A stretch of 64,000 bases of DNA from Octopus sinensis (GCF_006345805.1 NC_043011.1:6944001-7008000); one strand, 5' to 3'. Positions 36,490 to 48,112 are shown, counted from the stretch's first letter. A program made the numbers and translations. The notes: generated by a model from the letters alone, not told the origin.

Positions 36490-36718
36490 TGGGGGAAATT
36501 TCGAACCTGGGTTCTCATTCCTAAGGTATTTTTCAATATTATTATTATTATTATTATTCAGGTCACTGCCTGAAATCGAACTCAGAATCTTGAGGTTAAG
36601 AGCATGGGCTACTAAACCCAAGATTCCTAGTTTGATTCCAAGCAGTGACCTGAATAATAATAATAATAACATTGAAAAATACCTTAGGAATGAGAACCTA
36701 GGTTTGAAATTTCCGCAA

Positions 36719-36764
36719 GACACCTGATGAAGGTTGGAGGATATATCAGCCGAAACGTTGTGTT
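36719..36764 (+). ncRNA. Minimal type I hammerhead ribozyme, family H1
   Basis: GACAC-CTGATGA-A-GGTTGG-AGGATATA-TCAGCC-GAA-ACGT-T-GTGTT; stem I GACAC/GTGTT. Confidence 0.8.
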
Positions 36765-36899
36765 AACAACAAGCGAGATGAGGACAAATATCCATCAAAT
36801 GTAAATAATGTACATAATTCCTCATCTCTTAAATATAGAACTGTATAAGCAGTATTTTCGGTTTTAGAATTTAGAGATTATTATTATTATTATTATTCA

Positions 36900-37139
36900 T
36901 ATATGCGCAACAGATTAGACTGTTGGAAAAAGAAAAATTCCTAACATCAGGCTACAACAAGTAACCTTAGATGCCAAGAACCTTCCTAAGTATCCTAGCT
37001 GTCCCTAATAACAGTTTTCTGGAGCTGTACTAAACTGGGTTTTCTGCCCATTTCCTCTATTCATCTGTTCAAATCTTTAAAGATAGTTCCCAATCCACCT
37101 GTAACTACTGGGATACATTTTACCTGAATTTTCCATAGT
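36900..37139 (-). mobile_element. Dong/R4-clade LINE 3' fragment abutting (TAA)n
   Basis: LWKIQVKCIPVVTGGLGT...QLQKTV...GTARILRKVLGI*. Confidence 0.75.
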
Positions 37140-37224
37140 CCTTGTAATTCAGTGGCCAGGTCCTGGTACTTTTCTGGGTTTTAAAAAATTTTTTTTTATA
37201 CCTCTCATATTGATTTTTATTATT

Positions 37225-38085
37225 GTTAAGGCAGCGAGCTAGTGAAACGCTTAGCGGCATTTTGTTCATCTTCCCGTTCTGTGTTAAAATTCTGCCAAGG
37301 TTGACTTTGCCTTTCATCCTTGATAAAATAAGCATCAGCTGAACACTGGGGTCAATGTAACAGACTTACTCCTCCCCTCAAAAAACATTTGGGCTTGTGC
37401 CAAAATTTGAACCCATTCTCACTGGCAGAATCGTTAGCACAATAGGCAAAATGCTTAGCTGCATTTTGTCTGTCTTTACATTCTGAGTTCAAATTCAGTT
37501 GAGGTTGAATTTGCCTTTCATCTTTCCATGGTTGATAAAATAAAATAGCAGCTGAACGCTGGGGTCAACTTCATCAACTGGCCCCCTCCACCAAAAGTTT
37601 CAGGTTTTGTGCCTCTAATAGAAATGATTATTATCACCCCTACTACTATTACTATAGATTTCTGATTTAGGTACAAAGCCAGCAACTTTTGAGGGCAGGC
37701 GTGCTACTCGGTACTATTGGCCCTTAATACTTGAATGATGCTTTGTTGATTTCAGTGGGGTTTTGAACTAAGAACATAAAAAACTCAGAAGAAATACAGC
37801 AGGCATTTTTGTCTGGCATTCTAACAGTTTTTATCACCTTCCTTATTGCTATGAATAATAATAATAACAACAATAATGCTTTCTACTATAGGGACAAAAT
37901 TTGGTGGCGGGGGACTAATTGATTACATCGACCCTAGTGCCTAATTGGTACTTAATTTATCGACTTCAAAAGGATGAAAGGCTAAGTCGACCCTGGCAGA
38001 ATTTGAACCCAGAACATGAAGACAGACGAAATACCACTAAGCATTTCATCCAGCATGCTAACGATTCTGCCAGCTTGCTGCCTTA
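37225..38085. mobile_element. Cluster of four short-tail SINE B copies (two +, two -) separated by (ATT/AAT)n
   Basis: Repeated type-B cores TTTGCCTTTCATC / GATGAAAGGC. Confidence 0.75.
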
Positions 38086-38099
38086 ATAATAATAATAAT

Positions 38100-38240
38100 G
38101 ATATTGCTTGGAACTGCGTGAATTCTTCGCAGGATTCTTGAAGCAGGATCAGTAAACAAGTGTTACCTTAGTCTGCCGGCTGTGGACAACTGACACTTTC
38201 CATCATACCCTGTAAAATGGGCTGTAAGTTTTCATATGAT
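38100..38240 (+). mobile_element. Very short Dong 3' copy with (TAA)n on both sides
   Basis: TTGCTTGGAACTGCGTGAATTCTTCGCAGGATTCTT reads LLGTA*ILRRIL. Confidence 0.6.
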
Positions 38241-38706
38241 AATAATAATAATAATGCTTCCTTTGTAAACCATAAAAGGTTAACAAGAGCATCAAAGATA
38301 CTACAAGAAGATACAATATGGAATTAAATATAAAAAAGAGGAATAACAACAATAGTAGTAGTAATAATAATAATAATTATAATAATAGTAGTAGTCCTTG
38401 TTGTGACTTGACAAACAGTGCAAAACCCCGGTAGAGACAACATCTTTTATCAACAACCTCACGATACTGTATATTGTACGACATCTATAATAATATAATA
38501 ATAATAATAATAATAATACTTGCTACTGTAAGCACAAGGCTTGAAATTTTTAGGGAAGAAGTTAGTTGATTGCAATGACCCCAGTACTCAACTGGTACTT
38601 TTATCAACCCTGAAAGGGTGGAAGGCAAAGTCTACCTTGGTTGAATTTCAACTTAGAACAACAACAACAGTGACAGTAATAACAATAATAATTCTTTTGT
38701 TTTATA

Positions 38707-38710
<4 letters not shown>

Positions 38711-38737
<27 letters not shown>

Positions 38738-38990
38738 AGTAATAATAATAATAATAATAATAAATGAATAAAAACTATATATATATATATATAAAATGGT
38801 AATAATAATAATAATAAACGAATAAAAACTGTATATATATATAAAATAATAATAATAATAATAAACAAATTAAAACTATATATATATATAAAATAGTAAT
38901 AATAATAATAATAATAATAAACGAATAAAAACTGTATATATATATATATGTATATATATATATGTATATATACATATACATGAATAAAAA
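38711..38990. repeat. ~50-bp higher-order repeat built from (AAT)n and (TA)n blocks, ~4 copies
   Basis: Unit (AAT)n-AAACGAATAAAAACTG-(TA)n-AAAT. Confidence 0.8.
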
Positions 38991-39209
38991 GGAATATTAA
39001 GTGACTTGGTGTGTACAGTCAGTGTGTGTGTGTGTGTTATATTTAGTAACTACACTTAGAGTACACACAATTCCTTATAAGTGCTTATTGTTTTACACAC
39101 ACACACACACACTCACACAACTTTGTATCATTGAAAATTAAAATTATTTTTTCTTACTAATTAGCAATATTTTTATTTGTTGTTTCAGGATTTATAGCTA
39201 ATTGTAATT

Positions 39210-40895
39210 GTTTCAAATTTTGGTACAAGGCCAGCAATTTTAAGTGGAATGGGTGGTTAGCCAGTTACATTGACCCCAGTTTTCAACTGGTACTTACTTT
39301 TGTCGAACCTCCCCCCCCAAAAAAAATGATGAAAGGCAAAGTCAGCTCAGCAAAATTTTAATTTAATAATAATAATAATAATAATGAGCTTGCTTCCTAA
39401 CCATATGGTTCTGGGTTCAGTCCCACCTTGGGCAAGTGTCTTTTACTATTGCTGTGGGCTAACCAAAGCCTTGTGAATGGATTTGGTAGGCGGAAATTGA
39501 AAGAAGCCCGTCGTGTTTGTGTATTTGTGTGTCTGTTTGTCCCCATCACCATCGCTTGACACCCATGTTGGTGTACTTACATCCCCGTAACATAGCAGTT
39601 CAGCAAAAGAGACCAATAGAATAAGTACTAGGCTTACAAAGAATAAGTCCTGGGGCCAATTTGTTTGACTAAAGGCAGTGCTCCAGCATGGCTGGAGTCA
39701 AATGACTGAAACGATTTCAAAATTTGGCACAAGGCCAGCAGTTTCGTAGAAGATGGTAAATTGGATACACTGACACTGCTGCTCAACTGGTTCTTATTTT
39801 GTTGACCCCGAAAAAAAACTCAAGGAGCCAGAAGAATTGTATTTTGATTGGCTGTTAGCAGTTCTGCCAGCTTGAAGCCTGACATAATAATAATAATTTT
39901 GGCATGTGGCTAGGAATTTTGATGAGAAGAGACAACCTCAGTACATGACTGGTACCCCAAAAGGATGAAAAGCAAAGTTGAGATTTGAAATTAGAATCTA
40001 CAGAGCCAGAGGTAATGCCACTAGCATTTTGTCTGATCTGCTCCTGATTTTACTAGCTCGTTGTCTTAGTAATAGTAGTGGTGGTGATAATGATAATAAT
40101 AACTATTTCAAATTTTTGCCACAAGGGCAGCCTAGTGGGCGTGGGGACAAATCAATTACATTTACTCCAGTACTCAACTGGTACTTATTTTATCCGTATT
40201 AGGACAATGCCCCCTGATGACAACTACCCCCTAAGATAATTACCACCTCTCCAATATATTAAGAAGTTTTAAATCATCATCTGTTGTCCTCAGGAATAAT
40301 TATCCTTTTGGGGGGGGGGTTATTATCCATAATGGCTAAATGTCCTAGACTCATTTTATCGACCCCAAAAGGATGAAAGATAAAGTCGACCTCGGCAGAA
40401 TTTGAACTCAGAATGTAGTGACAAGCGAAATACCACTATGCATTTCATCTGGCATGCTAATGATTCTGCCAGCTCACAACCTTGATGATGATGATGATAA
40501 TAACAATAATAATGGTTTTAATTTTTTTCTCAAGGGAAGCCATTTTGGGGGAGGAAATGTGTTGGTTACATCGACCCCAGTGTTCAACTGATACTTAATT
40601 TATTGACCCCGAAAGGATGGAAAGCAAAGTCGACCTTGCCGGAATTTGAACTCAGAACATAGTGGCAGACGAAATACTGCTAAGCATTTCTTCCTGTGTG
40701 TTAACAATTCTGCCAGCTCACCACCTTAACAATAATAATAATAGTAATAATAATGGTTTCAAAATTTGGCTGAAATCCAGCAAATTTTTAGGGAGTGGGT
40801 AAGTCAACCAGATCAACCCCAGTGCTCAACTGGTACTTATTTTATCAGCCCCAAAAGGATGAAAAAGTTGACCTCAGTGTAATTTGAACTTGGAA
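39210..40895. mobile_element. SINE cluster: several minus-strand SINE B copies plus a SINE A (39386-39711, +)
   Basis: Repeated cores separated by (AAT)n tracts. Confidence 0.75.
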
Positions 40896-40915
40896 TTTAT
40901 TAATAATAATAATAT

Positions 40916-41307
40916 AGGCGCAGGAGTGGCTGTGTGGTAAGTAGGCTTGTTTACCAACCACATGGTTCCGGGTTCAGTCCCTCTGCGTGGCACCTTGGGC
41001 AAGTGTCTTCTACTATAGCCTCGGGCCGACCAAAGCCTTGTGAGTGGATCTGGTAGATGGAAACTGAAAGAAGCTCGTCGTATATATGTATATATATATA
41101 TGTTTGTGTTTGTCCTCCTAGCATTGCTTGACAACCGATGCTGGTGTGTTTATGTCCCCGTTACTTAGCGGTTCGGCAAAAGAGACCGATAGAATAAGTA
41201 CTGGGCTTACAAAAGAATAAGTCCCGGGGTCGAGTTGCTCGATTAAAGGCGGTGCTCCAGCATGGCTGCAGTCAAAAGACTGAAACAAGTAAAAGAGTAA
41301 AGAGTAA
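40916..41307 (+). mobile_element. SINE type A, full length, young
   Basis: Consensus-like from GGCGCAGGAGTGG to GAAACAAGTAAAAGAGTAAAGAG. Confidence 0.92.
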
Positions 41308-42371
41308 TTCTTTCTAATTTTGGCTAGCAAGTTTTGAGGGTAAGGGGAACACTGATTACATAATTCCCCACCCCAGTACATGACTGCTAGTTATTTTATC
41401 AACCCTGAAAAGATAAAAGGCAAAATTGGCTTCTGCAGAATTTGAAACCAGAACGTAAAAATAATGAAAATAGTATTGATGGTGGTGATAATAACAATAG
41501 TCACAAGTTGGAAGATCTCCTGTGTTCGTGCCCCTCATAACGGTATTCCACTTCAGTTTACAACCCTAATTGGCTGAACCAGTATTAGTATCATTCATTA
41601 GTTGTGACAGTTGTCTTGGGTCAGACTGGAGCATCATGCATTTTCTTTATACTTTGCTTTTAATATGTATGCGCATGCTTTGACAGAAGAAAATTTCTTT
41701 TCTTGGACTTTCTCTGTAAAATCTAAAACATTTGCGCATGTGCACACACACACACACACACACATATCTATTTTTCAGTGCTAGCCTGGTTTAGTGGTTT
41801 AGGTGAATACACATCATTAAAGCAGTTTTTACACCTGGATGCCCTTCTGTCGCTAACCCTTGCCTGTTTCAAGTCAGGAATATATAAACACACACACACA
41901 TCTATGCATTTGTTTTATGTCCATTTTTCCATGGTAGTATTGGTTAGATCAGGGATTCTCAACTGGGGTCCATATAAGATTTTGGGGGTCCACACAGCAA
42001 AATAGTAAATTGGGGATCTACAATAGTATTTTAAGAGCCCTGAAAATATTTTGCTTTAGACATAGGTAAAAGTAAAAGTTATCAGCAGATGGCTATAGGA
42101 CTTGAACCTGTACCCCTCAGATACCAGCTGAGTACTCAGCCATTACGCTAGAGTGGCAAATGACTGAAACACGTAAAAGAGTAAAGAGAGTAATGTTATT
42201 CTGAACAATAACATAAACCCAAATTTAATCATTAAAAATTAATTTCTCCAAAACACCTGTCCATGACAACCCACCCTAAAACCTAATCATCAGTCCATGA
42301 CAACCCACATACCCAAGGAAGACTTTAACACAATAGAGATTATATAAAGCTAGGATTAACTTCAGCACATC

Positions 42372-42418
42372 ACAGTCTGACAATGGCTTAACTGGCTGAA
42401 ACTTCAAAGTCCCTGTCA
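42372..42418 (+). ncRNA. Degenerate type I hammerhead ribozyme, family H2
   Basis: ACAGT-CTGACaA-T-GGCT-TAACT-GGCT-GAA-ACTTCAAAGT-C-cCTGT; stems I and II pair, GUC site, G8 to A. Confidence 0.55.
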
Positions 42419-42999
42419 ATAATATTCTTGTTTAAAAATATAATATATATCACCATCGTTTTAGAATCTATTTTTCCATATTTGCATGGGTCATATGGGT
42501 GTATGTTGAGGCAGTTTCCTCGAGTTAGATTCTATTCCTGCTGTCAACTCCCACTTGTTTCCAAGAAAAGTAATACACTCGCATACCTATTTAGAATATA
42601 TTTTAAACCAATTTATCATACCTTACAAAATTATGGTTTGTTTTTACCTGTTGACGTTTGTTTAAAGAAATGATTTGCTGAATTATTTTGTCTTTTTTCA
42701 TTTGACAAGTTCTATATATGCGACAAGAAAATATGAAATCTCTGGCGCTGATAATCTAAAGTACATTGGCAAAGTATGTCGTGTCTGTTACTTCCAAAAA
42801 GAATGTTAATTAAATCTTGCCTTCGTTGGGTTTAATCTTGAAATTGAGAATTTGTAGAAATACAAAAATCTGTTAGTTTTGTCTTTGTAAATGTTTATTC
42901 TGTTTTTTATTATTATATATTACCAAAATTTATATCCATTCTAATACTTATTCTTCATGGAAATGCTCTACGTACTAATCTATTACTATTTTTTTTTAT

Positions 43000-43322
43000 C
43001 TTTTACTTGTTTAGTCATTAGATTGTGGTCATGCTGGAGCACCACCTTGAATTTTTAGTCGAATGAACAGACCCCAGTACTTATTTTTTAAGCCCGGTAC
43101 TTATTCTATCAGTTTCTTTTGCCGAAGTGGCAAGCCATAGGGACACAAACACACCAACACCGGATTATCAAGCAGTGATGGGACACACACACACACACAC
43201 ACATATACACATGATGGATTTCTTTCATTTTCTGTCTACCAAATTCACTCACAAGGCTTTGGTTGGCCCAAGGCTATAGTAGAAGACTCTTGCCCAAGGT
43301 TCCACACAGTGGGACTGAACCC
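43000..43322 (-). mobile_element. SINE type A (5'-truncated)
   Basis: Matches the type-A consensus. Confidence 0.8.
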
Positions 43323-43494
43323 TATTGTAGATTTTAAAAAAAATCTTTTTTATTATTTTTAAATTGGATAAAAGAAGAAAAAACATATATCTCCATTCAA
43401 CCAGCTGTGTGTGTGAGTGAATTTTTGCAATTTACTTTTTATCCTTGCAAAATTCAAGATCACCGCTAATAAAGTGACGAGGCCCTTTTGTTTA

Positions 43495-43715
43495 TTCAAC
43501 CTTTCAGTATTCAGGTTACTCCATCGAATGGGATACTTATTTATTCACATTGTTTTGAATTAATCCTGTATTATTTCATAGCTTCAAGATTTCACTGATG
43601 TGACAGCTATTTTTAGAATGACGTTGTCGGGTAGGTGTGATAGGCCCGATCTGACTGACTTGAACAGGTCGAAAATTTGGGCTGGATATGGTCAGTTTGA
43701 ATAATAAAAGGTTAA
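43495..43715 (+). mobile_element. piggyBac-type MITE, second family
   Basis: AACCTTTCAGTATTC...AATAATAAAAGGTTAA; homologous to 50516-50954. Confidence 0.6.
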
Positions 43716-44389
43716 GTCTAGACAGCTCTTGGAGGTTTGTGGTTACCTAAATTGGTGTATATATGCATAAATGTGTGTGCATGTGAATAAAGTTGCACTT
43801 ATAGTGCATGTGGGTCACATTAATACACATGTTAACTTTGTTACTGTTGGTGTGTGTGTGTGTGTGCATTTCATATGTATCTCTGATTGTGTACAAAATG
43901 TTAACCTCAAATGAAGAATCCGTGAAGTGTTTGGCAACTTCTCTTTGTTCCTCTTATCAACTGTATCACAGTTGAACTCTGCACATTTTTTTCTCTCTCT
44001 ATTTTTTCCTTCTTAATCCTTTCTGTTGAAGAGTGATGGCTCAAAACATAAAAGACTCTTCCATTTTTCCAAAGCATTGGACTAATACACCTGCTTGTTG
44101 TTCCTACACCTGTCTTCATTTTTTTTTTGTTTCTGTAAATTTGAGCTATATCTCTTATGATAAAAGGCAGATTTTCTCTGCCTCTCACATAGTTTGTTTT
44201 TAATACAATTGTACAATATAGAATTTCTTCAATTGGAATTTACCTATGATTTTTCGAAGTAGATTCGATTGGGTCATGGCATATAAAGTTTTTTCAATTT
44301 GACCCCCAATTAAGCAAAAATTCGAGAAAACTAAATATTTTACGATTTGCCTCTCTAATTTCGACTGCTTCACTCCTTCTATTACTCTC

Positions 44390-44777
44390 TCTATATATAA
44401 AGCTGAAGTTGTCTGTGTGCGCCAGGTTTGGTAACCTTCAACTAACACTATCTCCTCCGAAACCCTGGGGCGCAAGTTGACCAAAATTGAAAGTAAGATA
44501 GAAGAAGGCTTGCTCTTCCTTCCGTAGAAGATAAAATTCAAATCGGACCATGTTAACACCAAAAATTATTTACATAAAAAAGGTGCTTTTTTTCTATGAA
44601 AATCCCTATTTTTTACGATTTTTTCACTGCTGTGTCGCCACTTTTCGGTGTATTTCAACCAGAAAAATGTTCACTTGAAGAGAATAACAAGCTACATAAT
44701 GCAAAACTTTAACTTTTCAAAAATTCCAATTCCAGCGGGTCGAAACAAACCCGAGCAACGCCGGGTGATACTGCTAG
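44390..44777 (+). mobile_element. Non-autonomous Helitron
   Basis: TCTATATATAAAAG start, hairpin CCCGAGCAACGCCGGG (44750-44765), CTAG|T end. Confidence 0.8.
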
Positions 44778-44952
44778 TATATATATAAAGGGAAAGTTTA
44801 CAAAAATAAACAAAAGACGAAGGCAGGTGGAGTACAAACAAACGTATTAGTATAGCGCTCAGGAATAGAAAAAGTCTTTTACGTTTCAAGCCTACGTTCA
44901 TATATATATTTATAGAATATTTATATATAAATATTCTATAATTATAAACATA

Positions 44953-45302
44953 GTGGCCAATGCCAGTGCCGCCTCGACTGGCTTCCGTGCCGGTGGCACG
45001 TAAAAAGCACCATCCGAATCGTGGCCGATGCCAGTGCTGCCTCGACTGGCTTCCGTGCCAGTGGCACGTAAAATGTACCAATCTGACCGTGGCCGTTGCC
45101 AGCCTCAACTGGCACCTGTGCAGGTGGCACGTAAAAAGCACCCACTACACTCATGGAGTGGTTGGCGTTAGGAAGGGCATCCAGCCATAGAAACACTGCC
45201 AGATCAGACTGGAGCTGGTGCAGCTTTCTGGCTTCCCAGATCCCCGGTCGAACCGTCCAACCCATGCTAGCATGGAGAACGGACGTTAAACGATGATGAT
45301 GA
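44953..45302 (+). mobile_element. RTE-type 3' tail with internal GTGCCGGTGGCAC subrepeats
   Basis: Ends CCCATGCTAGCATGGAGAACGGACGTTAAACGATGATGATG. Confidence 0.85.
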
Positions 45303-46904
45303 ATTATAATCAGGGATCAGATAATTGCTTCGCCATGTACCGAATTTAGGAATAGGAGTTAAAATACCTTTTCTACCACCATAAAGATCTCCCAGACAGT
45401 AACACACTTTTTTACGAGGGCAAAAAGAAAAAATATCGAATTTTACCCTTTTATTATTATTGAAATTATATATACATACACACGCATGTATGTATGTATT
45501 AATTGGGTAGAAAAGTCACCAAAATGATTCAGGGACCAAAATTTTGTATTTGGCCTTCACCAAACTTCACCAAATACACATGCACACACACACACACACA
45601 CATATGATATACTGGATTTTTGGAAATTTTCTGTACCTATCATTAGTTTTAATTTTAAATGAAAACTGATTTAAAATAAGAATACCAAAATGGTATGTCT
45701 TGAGAGATTTTGACTTAAAAGTATTATTTCATCATAAGGGATGGTTTAAATAGACTTTTTTTTGTTTTCGAAAACAAAATTTAATGATAATAATACTACT
45801 ACAACTAATAATAATAATAATAAACTACATAAAAAATTTTAAGAACAAGTTTGTATCTTTTCAAAAAAAAAAAGTGTACAAATAATACATGTTTAGAACT
45901 ATATTTCTGTAAGTTGGTTTCGAGGCATTTGCAGAATGGAAGAGAAAGAATTTTAACTAAAAATAGTCTAGTTTTGAATTTCTTTAAAAGCAGTTTTAAA
46001 CAGAATAAATTAAATAATTTTTCTTTTGCTTTTTTTTTTTTTTTTTTTTTCTGTATCTGTTAGCAAAGTTAACTAGATGATGATTTGACAAGAATCGATC
46101 TATTTTGGGCTGGCATGAGAGTTTAGGTACGCATACATCTATAGATATATATGACCCTAGAGCATTTGTAGGTGTAAAAAGTTTGTGTATGAAGTTATAT
46201 GAGTACATGTATGTATGTATATGTGTGTGTGTGTGTGTGTGTATAAATAGATTATCAATAAGTGATCAAATAAAAATGCAAACTTGCTGTACACTTTAAA
46301 ATGCTAACAAAGCAGAAAACTTGGTGCAAAATTGTTGTTTGACATGACTGTTTATTAATATGAATTCAAGGCAAAATGTCACTTTTATCCTACATTCTCC
46401 CGATTTTACTAGAAATTTTTGTTTGCAAAAAGGACATGGAGTGGGGTGGATATACATTGTTTCTATTATTTGGGCTACGGCCATGCTGGGGCACTGCTTT
46501 GAAAGGTTCAGTCAAGCAACTTGACTCCAGTGCTTAAATTTATTTTTAAGATTGGTAACTTATTCTATCATTCTCTTCTGCTGGACTGTTAAGTTGGGAG
46601 GGACATAAACAAACTGACACCAGTTGTCAATTGGTGGGGAGGGGGGAGAGACAAGCATACACATCTGTGTACACACACACACTTGACAGGCTGCCACACA
46701 GTTTCTGTCTTTCAAATTCACTCACGTCGCATTAGTGGCCTGGGGCTACAAAGGAAGCAGATACTTGCCCAAGGGGCCAAGCAGTGGGACAAAATCCCCA
46801 AACCACACAATTGCACAATGACCTTAACCTCAAAGCCATGCTTGCTAATGGAAGATTTTAGTGGAAATGAAGGCAGAGAGTGAGGAATTATTTGAAAGTA
46901 CACA

Positions 46905-47081
46905 TGGGCGCAGGAGTGGCTGTGTGGTAAGTAGCTTGCTTACCAACAACATGGTTCCGGGTTCAGTCCCATTGCGTGGCATCTTGGGCAAGTGTCTTCT
47001 GCTATAGCCCCGGGCTGACCAATGCCTTGTGAGTGGATTTGGTAGACGGAAACTGAAAGAAGCCTGTCGTATATATTTATT

Positions 47082-47112
<31 letters not shown>

Positions 47113-47310
47113 TTGTGTTTGTGTCCTCCTAGCATTGCTTGACAACCGATGCTGGTGTATTTATGTCCCCGTTACTTAGCGGTTCGGCAAAAGAGACCGA
47201 TAGAATAAGTACTGGGCTTACAAAAGAATAAGTCCCGGGTCGAGTTGCTCGATTTAAGGCGGTGCTCCAGCATGGCCGCAGTCAAATGACTGAAACAAGT
47301 AAAAGAAAGA
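46905..47310 (+). mobile_element. SINE type A, full length, young
   Basis: Near-identical to 40916-41307. Confidence 0.92.
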
Positions 47311-47324
47311 AAAGAGAAAGAGAG

Positions 47325-47930
47325 ATAGGTGCAGGCATAGCTGTGTGGTAGGAAGTTTGCTTCCCAACCACACGGTTCTAGGTTCAGTCCCACTGCATGG
47401 CACCTTAGGCAAGTGTCTTCTACAATAGCTGTGGGCTGACCAAGTCATGTGGATGGATTTGGTAGATGGAAACTAAAAGAAGCCCATTGTGTGTGTGTAT
47501 ATCATCATCTTCATCATTTAATGTCCACTTTCCATGCTGGCATGGGTTGGATGGTTTGATTGAAAACTGGTAAACCAGGGAGCTGCACTGGGTCCCAATC
47601 TGATTTGGCAAGGTTTCAACGGCTGGGATGCCCTTCCTAATACTGACGACTCCAAGAGTGTAGTGGGTGCTTGTGTGTGTATGTATGTCTTTGTGTCTGT
47701 GTTTGTGCCCAACACCACCCTACACACATGCGCACACTGCTTGAAAACCAGTGTTGGTGTGTTTATATCCCTATAACTTAGCGGTGTTCAGCAAAAGGAA
47801 CTGATAATATAAGTATCAGGCTTTAAAAAAAGCAAAAAGTACTTGGGTTGATTCATTTAGCTAAAAAAAATTTTCAAGGCAGTGCCCCAGCTTTGTTGCT
47901 GTCGTCTAATGGCTGAAAAAAAGTAAAAGG
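47325..47930 (+). mobile_element. SINE A interrupted at its microsatellite by an RTE tail (~47503-47670, -)
   Basis: Head, inserted tail and resumed 3' half are all visible. Confidence 0.7.
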
Positions 47931-48112
47931 TAAATGGTTAAAAGGGTACCTTGACAAACCTGTAGGTACAGCCATGAGGTTTTGTGCATCTCTTTGATTT
48001 GCTTTTCATGAATACAGGTACATTTCTTGTGGAGAACAGAAATGGTAGGGTGACAGGGTCATTATTAATGGTAGCAGGAAGAATTGTTAATGCTGGGAAG
48101 GGGGAAGTACCT

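Larger units (their letters stand above)
36401..36844. mobile_element. Palindromic Penelope-like (pLTR-type) insertion with tRNA-like head and two hammerheads
   Basis: Inverted arms of ~200 bp; 15-bp TSD ATAAGCAGTATTTTC at 36386-36400 and 36845-36859. Confidence 0.85.

Noticed and set aside
40200-40335. GGACAAT-CCCCC / GGGGG-TTATCC motifs suggesting a small DNA-transposon derivative
   Set aside because: Too degenerate to define TIRs or a TSD.
40916-40990. tRNA genes at SINE heads
   Set aside because: Boxes A and B are present but there is no acceptor-stem pairing, and each continues into a SINE body.
41950-42050. hAT-like TIR starts (CAGGGATTCTCAAC here; CAGTGGTTCTCAC at ~63278)
   Set aside because: No partner TIR or 8-bp TSD found.
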